A stretch of DNA of 64,000 nt from Kiritimatiellia bacterium (lineage in GTDB: Bacteria; Verrucomicrobiota; Kiritimatiellia; RFP12; UBA1067): NCBI GenBank assembly GCA_050949565.1, contig JBMNFY010000008.1:64001-128000 (forward strand). Direction: 5' to 3'. Every line of letters starts with the position of its first letter. Positions within the stretch are counted from its first letter, which is position 1. A program made the position numbers and the translations under genes. The notes beneath the pieces are model-generated. The model was not told the origin of the DNA. It searched no databases and saw only the letters and a list, made by a program, of their open reading frames with translations. Shown one piece after another: positions 29,732-39,098 of the stretch.

Positions 29732-31108
29732 GTGACACAAAAGAAACAAAAAAGGATTTACTTTGTGACAAATGCGCTTTTTTACCGGCCCTTATTAGAG
29801 GATTTGCGGTGTTGGCGGGACGATCCGAACCGCAAGCCCCTGATTGTCTGCGGTGCGCGCCAAGTCGGCAAGAGCTGCCTCGTGCGGCTCTTTGCCGGGG
29901 AGTATCCGCGCTATGCGGAGCTGAATCTGGAAAAGCCCTCGCATGCCGCCTTGTTCCGGCGCGGGCTGACGCTGTCTGAACTGATCCAGGCGATTATGCT
30001 GGAGTGCCGGGTGCCGGCAGGCTCCTCGCCGCTGCTCGTGTTCCTGGACGAGATTCAGGAGGTACCCGAGGCGGTGGCGATGTTGCGCTTTTTCCAGGAG
30101 GAACGTCCGGACCTGCATGTCATTGCCGCCGGGTCGCTACTTGAGACGGCACTCGAGGCCGCGGCGATCTCCTTTCCGGTGGGGCGTGTGCAGTATTTGT
30201 ACGTCAGGCCCCTGGCCTTTGCCGAGTTTCTGGCGGTCATGGGAGAGGATGCCGCCAGGGAGGCGTTGTTCACCGTGCCGGTCCCCGCGTTTGCCCACGC
30301 CCACCTGCTGAACCTGTTCCACTCCTATGCGCTCGTCGGCGGCATGCCCGAGGCCGTCCTGTGTTACCGCGATGGCGGGCGCGACCTGCAGGCAGTTAAC
30401 CGGGTCTATGCCGATCTCCTCTCGGCCTTCCGCGACGACATTCCAAAGTACGGCCGCACGGCGACGCAACGGCGACTGCTGCTGCACGCCCTGGAAAGCG
30501 CGCCCCTTGTGGCGGGATCACGGGTGACGTTTCAAGGATTCGGCGGCTCGGACTACCGCTCCCGTGAAATGGGGGAGGCCTTGCGTACCCTTGAGCGTGC
30601 CCGTCTGCTGGAACTCGTCTATCCGACAGTCCAGGGGGTGCCGCCGCTGATGCCGGACCGCCGGAAGGCGCCCCGGTTGCAGTTCCTCGACGTTGGCCTT
30701 GTTTGCCACATGGCTGGATTGCAGCGGCACCTGATCGGCATCCGCGACCTGTCGGATGTATACAGGGGACGCCTGATCGAGCAGGTCGTCGGCCAGGAAC
30801 TCAAGGCCATCGATGCCCGTGCCGATCTGCCGCTGATCTTCTGGGTGCGTGATAAGGCGCAATCCCAGGCCGAGGTGGATTTCCTGTTGCAAACAACCGC
30901 AGGAGTGGTGCCGGTCGAGGCCAAGTCCGGCACGGCCGGCAAGCTCCGGTCGCTGCATGAGTATCTTTCGCGCTATCCCGCGCCGCTGGCGGTACGTGTC
31001 TATGGCGGGATGTATGAGGAACACCCGGTTCAGGTTGGCGAGAAGACCTGCCGTCTGGTCAATGTGCCGTATTATGCAACAGGGTTGCTGCCCCGCTATA
31101 TTGCCTAA
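29732..31108 (+). CDS. AAA_14 ATPase with C-terminal DUF4143 (PD-(D/E)XK-like) domain; start uncertain
   Basis: GARQVGKS Walker A, FLDEIQE Walker B, GGMPE, EVDF...PVEAK. Confidence 0.9.
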   Translation: MTQKKQKRIYFVTNALFYRPLLEDLRCWRDDPNRKPLIVCGARQVGKSCLVRLFAGEYPRYAELNLEKPSHAALFRRGLTLSELIQAIMLECRVPAGSSPLLVFLDEIQEVPEAVAMLRFFQEERPDLHVIAAGSLLETALEAAAISFPVGRVQYLYVRPLAFAEFLAVMGEDAAREALFTVPVPAFAHAHLLNLFHSYALVGGMPEAVLCYRDGGRDLQAVNRVYADLLSAFRDDIPKYGRTATQRRLLLHALESAPLVAGSRVTFQGFGGSDYRSREMGEALRTLERARLLELVYPTVQGVPPLMPDRRKAPRLQFLDVGLVCHMAGLQRHLIGIRDLSDVYRGRLIEQVVGQELKAIDARADLPLIFWVRDKAQSQAEVDFLLQTTAGVVPVEAKSGTAGKLRSLHEYLSRYPAPLAVRVYGGMYEEHPVQVGEKTCRLVNVPYYATGLLPRYIA

Positions 31109-31225
31109 GCCGAGACCACCCTAGATCATGGTGCATGACCTTCGCACACCCCTTGCCACCAACCGATTGCGCGCGTCGTCCCAATTTTTGTTTACGAAAA
31201 GAAACGATATTGTTATCTTTCGTAT

Positions 31226-32683
31226 ATGAAATTTGAGGAACTGGTGGAGCCCCTTCATACCGCGCAAAAAAATCCTTTCCATCTCGCGGATGCGTATGCG
31301 CAGCTATTGGGCGTTCAGCCGGCTTCCGTTCTCGAGCCCGGCGTCCCCTACCACACCGGCTTCCATTGGACCGAGCGCCACCTGCAGTGCCTCTGGTACG
31401 ACGAGCGTTATCGTCCCCGCAGTTTTCCGTTACCTGGCGGCGAAACCGCGCAGGTTCTCAGTCCGGGCGAGTGGAATCTGGAGGCCGGGCCGGACTTTCT
31501 CAATGCCACGCTCTTGATCCAGCCGGGCGACCGCCGGTTGTGTGGCGACATCGAAGTGCATGTGCGTCCGACCGATTGGGATACGCACGGCCATCAGACC
31601 GATCCCGCCTACGACCGCGTTGTGGCGCATGTCACGTGGTTTGCGGGGCCGCCGCCCCGCTCGCTGCCCGCGCATGTTTTGCCGCTCGCGCTCGCGGAAC
31701 CGATCGCAGCCATGCCGGGACTCTCGCTGGATGACATCGACCTGAAAGCCTACCCGCACGCCGCGCTGCCGGCCACGCCGCGACCCTGCGAAGCGCGGCT
31801 CAAGAACGACCCCGACCGCGCACGCGCCCTGCTCGCCGCCGCCGGTCATTACCGGCTCCAACTCAAGGCGGCGCGCCTCCGCGCCCGGCTGGCGCAGACC
31901 GGCGACCGCCATCAGCTCTTCTACGAAGAGGTCATGGCCGCCTTGGGCTATAAACACAACCAAATGCCCTTCCGCCACCTTGCACGTTTATTGCCAGTCG
32001 CATCACTGGGCGTATCACGCGAAAACGCCTATGCCCGTCTGCTCGGCGCGGCGCGGCTGTTGCCGCAGCCCGAAGACGCGACCGACCCCGAAAGCCAGCG
32101 CTTCATTCGCATGTTGTGGGATCTCTGGTGGCGTGAGTCGTCCGCCGAATTACCGGATGACGTGACATGGCGCCTGCACAACCTGCGCCCGCAGAACGCG
32201 CCGGTGCGCCGGCTCGCGGCGGCCGCCAGCCTCTTCAGCGGCATGTTCACCATACGCCACGAACTCGACCGCCTGACCGTCACCGATGGCGCGACGTGGC
32301 ACGCCAAAGCGCTCGAGTGTCTGACCGCGCGTTGCGCCTGGCCCTTCTGGAACGTCCGCCTGACCCTCACGTCAGCCCCGGAAAAGAAGGAGACCGCCCT
32401 GCTGGGCACTGCACGCGCGGCGGCCATTGTCACGAACGTGCTGCTGCCTTTCGCGGCCGCCGAAGGCACACTGCCGGACGGCGCGACCACCCGGCTGCCG
32501 CCAGAAGATATCTCCGCCCCGATGCGCCTGACCGCCCTGTATCTGTTCGGGCGCGACCACAATCCCGCCGCCCTGTATGCCGACAACGGACTGCTCCAGC
32601 AGGGCCTGCTGCAAGTCTATCTCGACTTCTGCCTCAACGCCAAGCCCGGCTGCGACGCCTGCGCCCTGTGCGACGCGCTTTAG
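31226..32683 (+). CDS. DUF2851 family protein
   Basis: PGEWN.EAGPDF.NA...GDIEVH...DW..HGH..DP.Y..V..HV motif; C-terminal C....C..C motif; TTTACG-17-TATCTT promoter 6 nt before ATG. Confidence 0.88.
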   Translation: MKFEELVEPLHTAQKNPFHLADAYAQLLGVQPASVLEPGVPYHTGFHWTERHLQCLWYDERYRPRSFPLPGGETAQVLSPGEWNLEAGPDFLNATLLIQPGDRRLCGDIEVHVRPTDWDTHGHQTDPAYDRVVAHVTWFAGPPPRSLPAHVLPLALAEPIAAMPGLSLDDIDLKAYPHAALPATPRPCEARLKNDPDRARALLAAAGHYRLQLKAARLRARLAQTGDRHQLFYEEVMAALGYKHNQMPFRHLARLLPVASLGVSRENAYARLLGAARLLPQPEDATDPESQRFIRMLWDLWWRESSAELPDDVTWRLHNLRPQNAPVRRLAAAASLFSGMFTIRHELDRLTVTDGATWHAKALECLTARCAWPFWNVRLTLTSAPEKKETALLGTARAAAIVTNVLLPFAAAEGTLPDGATTRLPPEDISAPMRLTALYLFGRDHNPAALYADNGLLQQGLLQVYLDFCLNAKPGCDACALCDAL

Positions 32684-32732
32684 ATTTAGGATTAGATAAT
32701 TTGAAAAGTTACCGGAAAAGTAGGATGGCGTA

Positions 32733-32761
32733 TTGACAAAAGACGTCCAGACGTCTATCGT
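32733..32761 (+). promoter_or_regulatory. Sigma70-type promoter of the methyltransferase with two GACGTC sites in the spacer
   Basis: TTGACA (32733) -17- TATCGT (32756); GACGTC at 32742 and 32750; ATG 6 nt after the -10. Confidence 0.7.
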
Positions 32762-32767
32762 ACTCCT

Positions 32768-33994
32768 ATGTCCAATCCGCAAAAAAGATTACAACCAGGT
32801 CGTGTCAGAGACGCCATCATAAACACCGTCAAACAAGCCCAACGCCCGCTTTCCGTTAAAGAGATCGTCGAATCCGTCAGGCAAACTCTCGGAGACGTGC
32901 CGACCTCTTCAATCCGTTCTTATCTCAGACTGAACACGCCCGATGTCTTTGTAAGAGAATCACGAGGATATTACTCATGCTCCTTCGTCCAGCCTGAACT
33001 TATCGACTCCTTTGAGTCAGTACCCTCAAAAGTTGATCTGCTTACATCTAAAAAAGTTGGGGGCAACGCAATCTTGTATCACGCCGACTGTTTCGACTGG
33101 TTGGCCCGACAATCGCCAAACAGCATCCATGCTATTGTCACTGATCCGCCTTACGGCCTGTTTGAATACTCTGAAAAACAGATAACCAAACTTCGCAGTG
33201 GCAGAGGGGGTGTGTGGCGGATTCCACCGTCGTTCGACGGACACATGCGATCTCCGCTTCCTCGCTTCACAGTCCTTTCCGCAGACCAGCTCCAAGACCT
33301 ACGCACCTTTTTCACCGAATGGGGGCGTACACTGCTACCGAGACTCGTTCCAGGGGCAAATGTTATTGTCGCATCCAATCCCCTGTTGTCTTACATTGTC
33401 TCAGATGCTTTGGCCAGCGCGGGGCTTGAGCGTCGTGGCGAGATAGTCAGATTAACAATGACCATGCGAGGGGGAGACCGTCCGAAGGCTGCTCACGAGG
33501 AGTTCTCCTGTGTCAGCGTCATGCCGCGTTCCATGTGGGAACCTTGGCTTGTCTATCGCAAACCTGTCGAAGGGCGTGTTCAAGACAACCTACGTAAATG
33601 GGGCACTGGGGGTTTCCGTCGCCCTGAAAAAGACAAACCGTTCGGTGATGTGATCGCCTCCGCGCCAACACGGAAAGCAGAACGTGAAATCGCCCCCCAC
33701 CCGAGTCTCAAACCTCAAGCCTTCTTGCGACAGCTCGTCCGAGCAGCACTGCCCCTCGGCAAAGGAGTCGTCGTTGACACCTTTGCCGGCTCAGGCTCCA
33801 CTCTCGCCGCCGCTGAAGCGGTCGGTTATGAAAGTATTGGGATTGAGAAGGACGAGACCTACTTCAACTTAGCCTGCAAAGCCATCCGACGTCTTGCGGC
33901 GTACGAGCCGAGTGACGGCACCTTTTCGTCATCGTCACGCCCCCAGACGGTAAATCCAGTTTCTACGGAGCTTCGTGATGCCGTCACGATGTAA
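32768..33994 (+). CDS. Beta-class amino-DNA methyltransferase (probably m6A) with N-terminal winged HTH
   Basis: TDPPY motif IV before HPSLKP and DTFAGSGST motif I; N-terminal ~70-aa wHTH-like extension. Confidence 0.92.
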   Translation: MSNPQKRLQPGRVRDAIINTVKQAQRPLSVKEIVESVRQTLGDVPTSSIRSYLRLNTPDVFVRESRGYYSCSFVQPELIDSFESVPSKVDLLTSKKVGGNAILYHADCFDWLARQSPNSIHAIVTDPPYGLFEYSEKQITKLRSGRGGVWRIPPSFDGHMRSPLPRFTVLSADQLQDLRTFFTEWGRTLLPRLVPGANVIVASNPLLSYIVSDALASAGLERRGEIVRLTMTMRGGDRPKAAHEEFSCVSVMPRSMWEPWLVYRKPVEGRVQDNLRKWGTGGFRRPEKDKPFGDVIASAPTRKAEREIAPHPSLKPQAFLRQLVRAALPLGKGVVVDTFAGSGSTLAAAEAVGYESIGIEKDETYFNLACKAIRRLAAYEPSDGTFSSSSRPQTVNPVSTELRDAVTM

Positions 33995-34540
33995 GGTTGC
34001 CGTGCGCGTTCCAAGTTCACCGCGCGCGTTCTTACGAAAGTCCTCCACCGTCACCAGACCCAAGTAGATTTCGGTAAAAGTCATTGGGCGACGATTCTTG
34101 GCGGGCTCTGTTTCGTTGTCAACGTTATAGACAAATACGCACATCCACTGGTTACGGGCACCATGCGTATCAACAGCGCCACCAGATTTTCGCGTCGTTT
34201 TGATCTCGATCCCCTGTTCGCCAGCCTTAACCTCATTCTTCGGATACACACCTCGAACAATCAAATCAGGGTGACCGTTGAAGTAGGCGTTTTCGCAAAG
34301 TGTTCGAGAGTGCTTTGCCAGACTCGCAGTCAGCATGTCTGAGAGAACGCCCGACATTATTGCAGGACGCAACATATCATCCAATCGGCGAAGCCCCTTT
34401 GCCAACAAGGCCGAGTTAACATCAAAAAAGAAATCGTAGACATCCTGTACAGCCATACGGAAGTCATCGAGCCGTAACTCGAACGGCAACTGCGCTTGCG
34501 CATTGAACTCCCCTTGATCAAGCGTGTTTTTTACGATCAT
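33935..34540 (-). CDS. Putative type II restriction endonuclease (PD-(D/E)XK)
   Basis: HPDL...GIEIK motif; convergent with the MTase, 60-nt overlap; lower GC. Confidence 0.7.
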   Translation of the reverse strand: MIVKNTLDQGEFNAQAQLPFELRLDDFRMAVQDVYDFFFDVNSALLAKGLRRLDDMLRPAIMSGVLSDMLTASLAKHSRTLCENAYFNGHPDLIVRGVYPKNEVKAGEQGIEIKTTRKSGGAVDTHGARNQWMCVFVYNVDNETEPAKNRRPMTFTEIYLGLVTVEDFRKNARGELGTRTATLHRDGITKLRRNWIYRLGA

Positions 34541-34558
34541 CTTATGACGTGCCTTTTC

Positions 34559-37500
34559 CTACATCTTCACGATTTTGACCGTCACCGCGTGGCCATTGAG
34601 ATCGCAGGCGTCGCCGGTGACCGCGCCGAACTCCAGGTGCTTGCACAGCGTCTCGGTCTGGACATAATCGGTGAAGGCGTCGATGGCGGCGCGCACCTCG
34701 TCATCGCACGCGACGGTCACGGCGATGCGCTGCGTCACCTCGAAGCCCGCCTCCTTGCGCAGGTTCTGTACGCGGCTCACGAACTCGCGCGCCAAGCCTT
34801 CCTGCACGAGCGCAGGCGTCAGCGCCGTCTCAATGCCAACGAGAACATCGCCTTCGGAGGCCACCACCATGCCCGCCTTGGGCGTGCGCTGCACCACCAC
34901 GTCGTCAGCGCCCAACTCGACAGAGAGCCCCGCCGCCTCGATGGTCACCGGACGGTCGGCGGCCAACTCCGCCGCCTGTTCCGAAGAGAGACGCGCGATC
35001 GCCGCCGCCACCGCCTTCATGTTGGCACCGAACTTCGGACCCAGCTTGCGGAAATCGGCTTTGACCGACACATCGGCCATGGCGGTTTCATCGTTGCCGA
35101 ACGCAACCGTCTTGATGTTGAGTTCGTCCGTGATCAAATCTTCGAAGCCTTCCAGCATCGCGCGGATTTCGGGATTGGCCGAGACGACATGCAACGCCGC
35201 CAGCGGCTGTCGCACTTTGAGGTCGTTCTCCGTACGGAGCTGCCGACCGAGCCGCACCACGGTCTGCACCAATGCCATGCTACGCTCAAGCGCCGCGTCG
35301 CGCGCCGCCGTGTTGGCCGTCGGGAAGTCGCACAGATGAACCGATTCCGGCATCGACGCCCCCTTGAGATTGCGATAAATGTTTTCGCTGATAAAAGGTG
35401 TGAAGGGCGCGGCAACCTTGCAGAGCTGCACCAGCGCATACCGCAGCGTGCGGTAGGCGTGCATCTTGTCGTCATCGTTCTGCGATTTCCAGAAACGCCG
35501 ACGGCTGCGCCGGATGTACCAGTTGGTGAGGTCCTCGACAAAATTCACGAACGGACGCACCGAACGCTGAAGGTCATAGTTGTCCATCGCCTCGGTCACA
35601 TCCTGAATCAGCGTCTCCAGCGAACTGATGATCCAGCGGTCAAGCACATTCGGGCTCGACGGCGTCACCAGCTCCTCATCATAAAACCCATCGACATTGG
35701 CGTAGGTCACAAAGAAGCTGTAGGCATTCCACCAGGGAATCAACAAATCGCGGAGCGTCTGCTTCACGCCGCTTTCAGAGAAACGCAGATTTTCCGCGCG
35801 CACGACCGGCGAGTGGATCATGTAGAGGCGCAACGCATCCGCACCGTAGGCGTCCAGAATGTGCGTGGGATCCGGATAGTTTTTCAGGCGCTTGGACATT
35901 TTCTTGCCGTCCTCGGCCAGCACCAACCCGTTCACCACCACGTTCTTAAACGGTGCGCGATCAAAGAGACAGGTGCCGAGCACCATCAGCGTGTAGAACC
36001 ACCCCCGCGTCTGATCCAAGCCTTCCGCGATAAAGTCCGCCGGGAAGAATGTGGAGATGTCCTGCCCGCCCTTCCTTCTCTTCTCCCCAACTCCTAACTC
36101 CTCACTCCTAACTCCTAAATCCCCGAAGGGGTAATGCTGTTGCGCGTACGGCATGGAGCCCGATTCAAACCAGCAGTCCAACACCTCGGGGGTACGGCGA
36201 TAGGTTTTGCCGTCGCGGCGAATCACCACCTCGTCGACAAAGTGCTTGTGCAGATCGGTCACGCGCTGCCCGGACAATTCCTCCAGTTCCGCCACCGAAC
36301 CGACGCAGATCATGTCCGACGGATCCTGTTCGTTGATCCAGACCGGAATGCACGATCCCCAGAAGCGGTTGCGGCTGATGTTCCAATCGCGCGCCTCGCT
36401 CAGCCAATTGCCGAACCGCTTGTCGCCGACATAATCCGGCATCCAATGTACCGTGTCGTTGTTGCGCGTGAGCCGCTCGCGCAGATCCTCGACGCGGACG
36501 TACCACGCCTCGATAGCGCGGTAGATCAGCGGCGTGTCGGTGCGGTCGCAGAACGGGTAGCTGTGGACGATCGTTGTCTGATGCACCAGCTTCCCTTCCT
36601 GCTTCAGACGCTTGATCAAATCTTTGTCGCAATCTTTGCAGAAGCGGCCTTGGTATTCAGGCAGTTTGTCCGTGAATTGGCAGACCGAATCGAGCGGGTC
36701 AGCCATGACCGTGATTCCCGCCTCCTTGCAGACGCGGAAGTCGTCTTCGCCGTACGCTGGTGCGATGTGCACCAGACCCGTGCCATCTTCGGTACTGACG
36801 AAGTCATCATTCAAGACGCGGAACGCGCCCTCATCCGCGTACTCTGCAAAGTACGGGAAGAGCGGCTCATAGGTCCATCCTTTCAGGTCACGCCCCTTCA
36901 GCCGCGCCAGAATCTGATACTCCTCCGGATGCTTGTAGTAGACATCGAGGCGCGCCTCGGCCATCACGAAACACGTGTCGGCGGCGGTATCGCGCACCAC
37001 CACGTAGTCGATCTCCGGCCCGGCGCAGATTGCGAGGTTTCCGGGCAGCGTCCACGGCGTGGTGGTCCAGATCAACAGGTTCGTTTTACCCCAGGCCGGA
37101 TCGGCACCGGACAACACCTTGACGCGCACCGTGATCGAGGGATCCTGCACGTCCTTATAGTTGTTGCCGGCCTCGAAATTGCTGAGCGGGGTGCTGAGCT
37201 TCCAACTGTACGGCATGATGCGGTAGGACTTGTAGACGCGCCCCTGCTCCCACAGTTGTTTGAAGACCCACCAGATGCTCTCCATGAACGTCGGATCCAT
37301 GGTCTTGTAGTCATTGTCGAAATCCACCCAGCGCCCCATGCGTGTGACGGTCTTACGCCACTCATTGACATAGGTGAGCACCATCGAGCGGCACTGCTCG
37401 TTAAACGCGGCCACGCCGAGCTGACGGATTTCATGCGCGCCGCTGACCCCCAGTGCCTCCTGTGCCAGCGCTTCGATCGGCAGTCCGTGGCAATCCCAGC

Positions 37501-37750
37501 CGAAGCGGCGCTCCACGTAATATCCGCGCATGGTCTGGTAGCGCGGCACGATATCCTTGATCGTCCCCGCCAGCAGGTGACCGTAGTGCGGCAGGCCCGT
37601 CGCAAAGGGCGGTCCGTCATAAAACACATACGCGTCCTTATCGCGGTTGCGGCCGAGACTCTTCTTAAAGGTGTCGTTCGCCTCCCAATACGACAGCGTC
37701 TCGCGCTCCATCGCAGGAAAATCAGACTTGTTGGAAACCGGTTGAAACAT
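34559..37750 (-). CDS. ileS: Isoleucine-tRNA ligase (IleRS2 type)
   Basis: DGPPFATGLPHYGH, GWDCHGLP, KMSKR motifs; no C-terminal zinc finger. Confidence 0.98.
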   Translation of the reverse strand: MFQPVSNKSDFPAMERETLSYWEANDTFKKSLGRNRDKDAYVFYDGPPFATGLPHYGHLLAGTIKDIVPRYQTMRGYYVERRFGWDCHGLPIEALAQEALGVSGAHEIRQLGVAAFNEQCRSMVLTYVNEWRKTVTRMGRWVDFDNDYKTMDPTFMESIWWVFKQLWEQGRVYKSYRIMPYSWKLSTPLSNFEAGNNYKDVQDPSITVRVKVLSGADPAWGKTNLLIWTTTPWTLPGNLAICAGPEIDYVVVRDTAADTCFVMAEARLDVYYKHPEEYQILARLKGRDLKGWTYEPLFPYFAEYADEGAFRVLNDDFVSTEDGTGLVHIAPAYGEDDFRVCKEAGITVMADPLDSVCQFTDKLPEYQGRFCKDCDKDLIKRLKQEGKLVHQTTIVHSYPFCDRTDTPLIYRAIEAWYVRVEDLRERLTRNNDTVHWMPDYVGDKRFGNWLSEARDWNISRNRFWGSCIPVWINEQDPSDMICVGSVAELEELSGQRVTDLHKHFVDEVVIRRDGKTYRRTPEVLDCWFESGSMPYAQQHYPFGDLGVRSEELGVGEKRRKGGQDISTFFPADFIAEGLDQTRGWFYTLMVLGTCLFDRAPFKNVVVNGLVLAEDGKKMSKRLKNYPDPTHILDAYGADALRLYMIHSPVVRAENLRFSESGVKQTLRDLLIPWWNAYSFFVTYANVDGFYDEELVTPSSPNVLDRWIISSLETLIQDVTEAMDNYDLQRSVRPFVNFVEDLTNWYIRRSRRRFWKSQNDDDKMHAYRTLRYALVQLCKVAAPFTPFISENIYRNLKGASMPESVHLCDFPTANTAARDAALERSMALVQTVVRLGRQLRTENDLKVRQPLAALHVVSANPEIRAMLEGFEDLITDELNIKTVAFGNDETAMADVSVKADFRKLGPKFGANMKAVAAAIARLSSEQAAELAADRPVTIEAAGLSVELGADDVVVQRTPKAGMVVASEGDVLVGIETALTPALVQEGLAREFVSRVQNLRKEAGFEVTQRIAVTVACDDEVRAAIDAFTDYVQTETLCKHLEFGAVTGDACDLNGHAVTVKIVKM
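36083..36124. repeat. (ACTCCTA)n heptamer array in frame within ileS
   Basis: CTCCCCA ACTCCTA ACTCCTC ACTCCTA ACTCCTA AATCCCC, encoding GDLGVRSEELGVGE. Confidence 0.85.
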
Positions 37751-37826
37751 GATGCGCCTTTCCTCGTAAATGTCCGCGATTATAGCAGATCATCCTTGTG
37801 GCGTGAACGGCCAATCCCGGCGGAGA

Positions 37827-38194
37827 AGTAATGGGTAATAGGTAAGAGGTAATCAAAATCGCTATCGCTATCGCCGCAAGTCGCAGGTCGCGGGTCAAGC
37901 GCTCTTGTTGCGGCCACGCAGTGGCCCGCAACCGTGAGAGTAAAAGCGTTGTTCGGATTTGTTTAACCACAGAGGCGCAGAGACGCAGAGTTTTTTGGGA
38001 GATGGCGCTCTCGGTTTCTTGGAACCGCCAAGATGCCAAGAACGCCAAGGTTTTTTTAGGGGCCTTACCACGAAGTCACGAAGAAGGAAAAAAACATTAA
38101 AAAACTCTCTGTGCCTCCGTGCCTCTGTGGTTCCCTTGATCCTTGCCGAGCACTGCCCCCTAAAAAAACTTCGTGTCTTTCGTGCCTTCGTGGT
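37827..38194. repeat. Repeat cluster: heptamers, hexamers, element C (37873-37956) and interleaved nonamer-triplet inverted repeats
   Basis: GGTAATA array; AACCACAGAGGCGCAGAGACGCAGAG (37965) pairs with 38107-38132; ACCACGAAG arm (38067) pairs with 38169-38194. Confidence 0.8.
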
Positions 38195-38223
38195 GAAAAA
38201 CTCACTTCGGCGTTCAGCGGCAC

Positions 38224-38478
38224 TCACCGATAAATGTCACTTCGGTGACCCATGGCGATAACCGTGACCACAAGCCGTGCATCGTGAATCTCATAGATCA
38301 CACGGTAGGCTCCAACACGGATTCGCCATGCAGGGCGTCCAGAAAGTTTGATGCATCCGGCAGGACGTGGATTCGCGGCTAGAGCTCGAATCGCAGCAAC
38401 GATACCGGGCTGGGCACTACGCTCAATTCCTGCAAGTTGCTTTTGGGCAACGCGCAGAATATCGATCTCATAGATCAC
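38224..38478 (-). CDS. RelE/ParE family toxin
   Basis: LAANPRP.G..KL.G...WRIRVGAYRVIYEI..GHRSDIYR; GTG start overlaps the antitoxin stop. Confidence 0.9.
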   Translation of the reverse strand: MIYEIDILRVAQKQLAGIERSAQPGIVAAIRALAANPRPAGCIKLSGRPAWRIRVGAYRVIYEIHDARLVVTVIAMGHRSDIYR

Positions 38479-38681
38479 GCCTGACAATCCTGTTCGATCT
38501 CTCGAACGGCCAGTTCGAAGGGGATCTTGTCGGCAGCATGGCGCTGGGCTTCGTCGTATGCGCGGATATCGTCCAGCTCCTCCAGCTCACTAACGATGTG
38601 TTCCCATTCGTCCGCCGTCACCAGAACCGCCTTGCGCTTCTGGTGTTTGTCGACAACGTATTTTGGACTTAAAGTTATCAC
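38475..38681 (-). CDS. Cognate antitoxin
   Basis: 68-aa acidic protein (YVVD....KAVLV...EW..LEELDDIRAYD.A) directly upstream of the toxin. Confidence 0.8.
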   Translation of the reverse strand: MITLSPKYVVDKHQKRKAVLVTADEWEHIVSELEELDDIRAYDEAQRHAADKIPFELAVREIEQDCQA

Positions 38682-38750
38682 GGTATCACCACGAAGTCAT
38701 TATGGCCGACTCACTCGCCTAAATCAACCCCTCTTTGTACAATTTCTCCA

Positions 38751-38918
38751 AACCACGAACCACACCAAATACACGAAAACAGCGCCGTGCCTTTTCGTAT
38801 CATTCGCGTGATTCGCGCAATTCGCGGTTGAAAAGCCGAGCCGTGCCTTTTCGCGTATTTCGTGTTTTTCGTGGTTAAAATTTACTTCGACGTTCTGAGT
38901 TCAGCGTTCAGCGTTCCC
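38751..38918. repeat. Nonamer-triplet inverted repeats plus (CGTTCAG)n heptamer array
   Basis: AACCACGAACCACACCAAATACACGAAA with two complementary arms ending CGCGGTT and CGTGGTT; heptamers at 38891-38918. Confidence 0.75.
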
Positions 38919-38954
38919 AAAAAATCACGAAAAAATGTCTTGCGCGGTTTCCCG

Positions 38955-39064
38955 CAGTTTTCCGATTTTTTCGGTTGACTTTTACCCCCCCCCGCACAAT
39001 GTGTGCCAACCATGGGGTCGGCATTTCCCCAGTCAAGCCCATAAGCGTGTAACGATCTGAAATC
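38955..39064 (+). promoter_or_regulatory. Poly-C promoter plus hairpin leader, copy 2 (C9)
   Basis: GGTTGACTTTTA-C9-GCACAATGTGTGCCAACC, then an ATGGG...CCCAT hairpin. Confidence 0.6.
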
Positions 39065-39098
39065 ACTGGAAAAAGTAAACGAGAGAGGATGATGTCCG

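Noticed and set aside
34496-37831. Long plus-strand ORFs (533 and 565 aa) opposite ileS, and similar shadows at 50875-52890 and 43762-45234
   Set aside because: Antisense shadow frames of GC-rich genes with no recognisable motifs.
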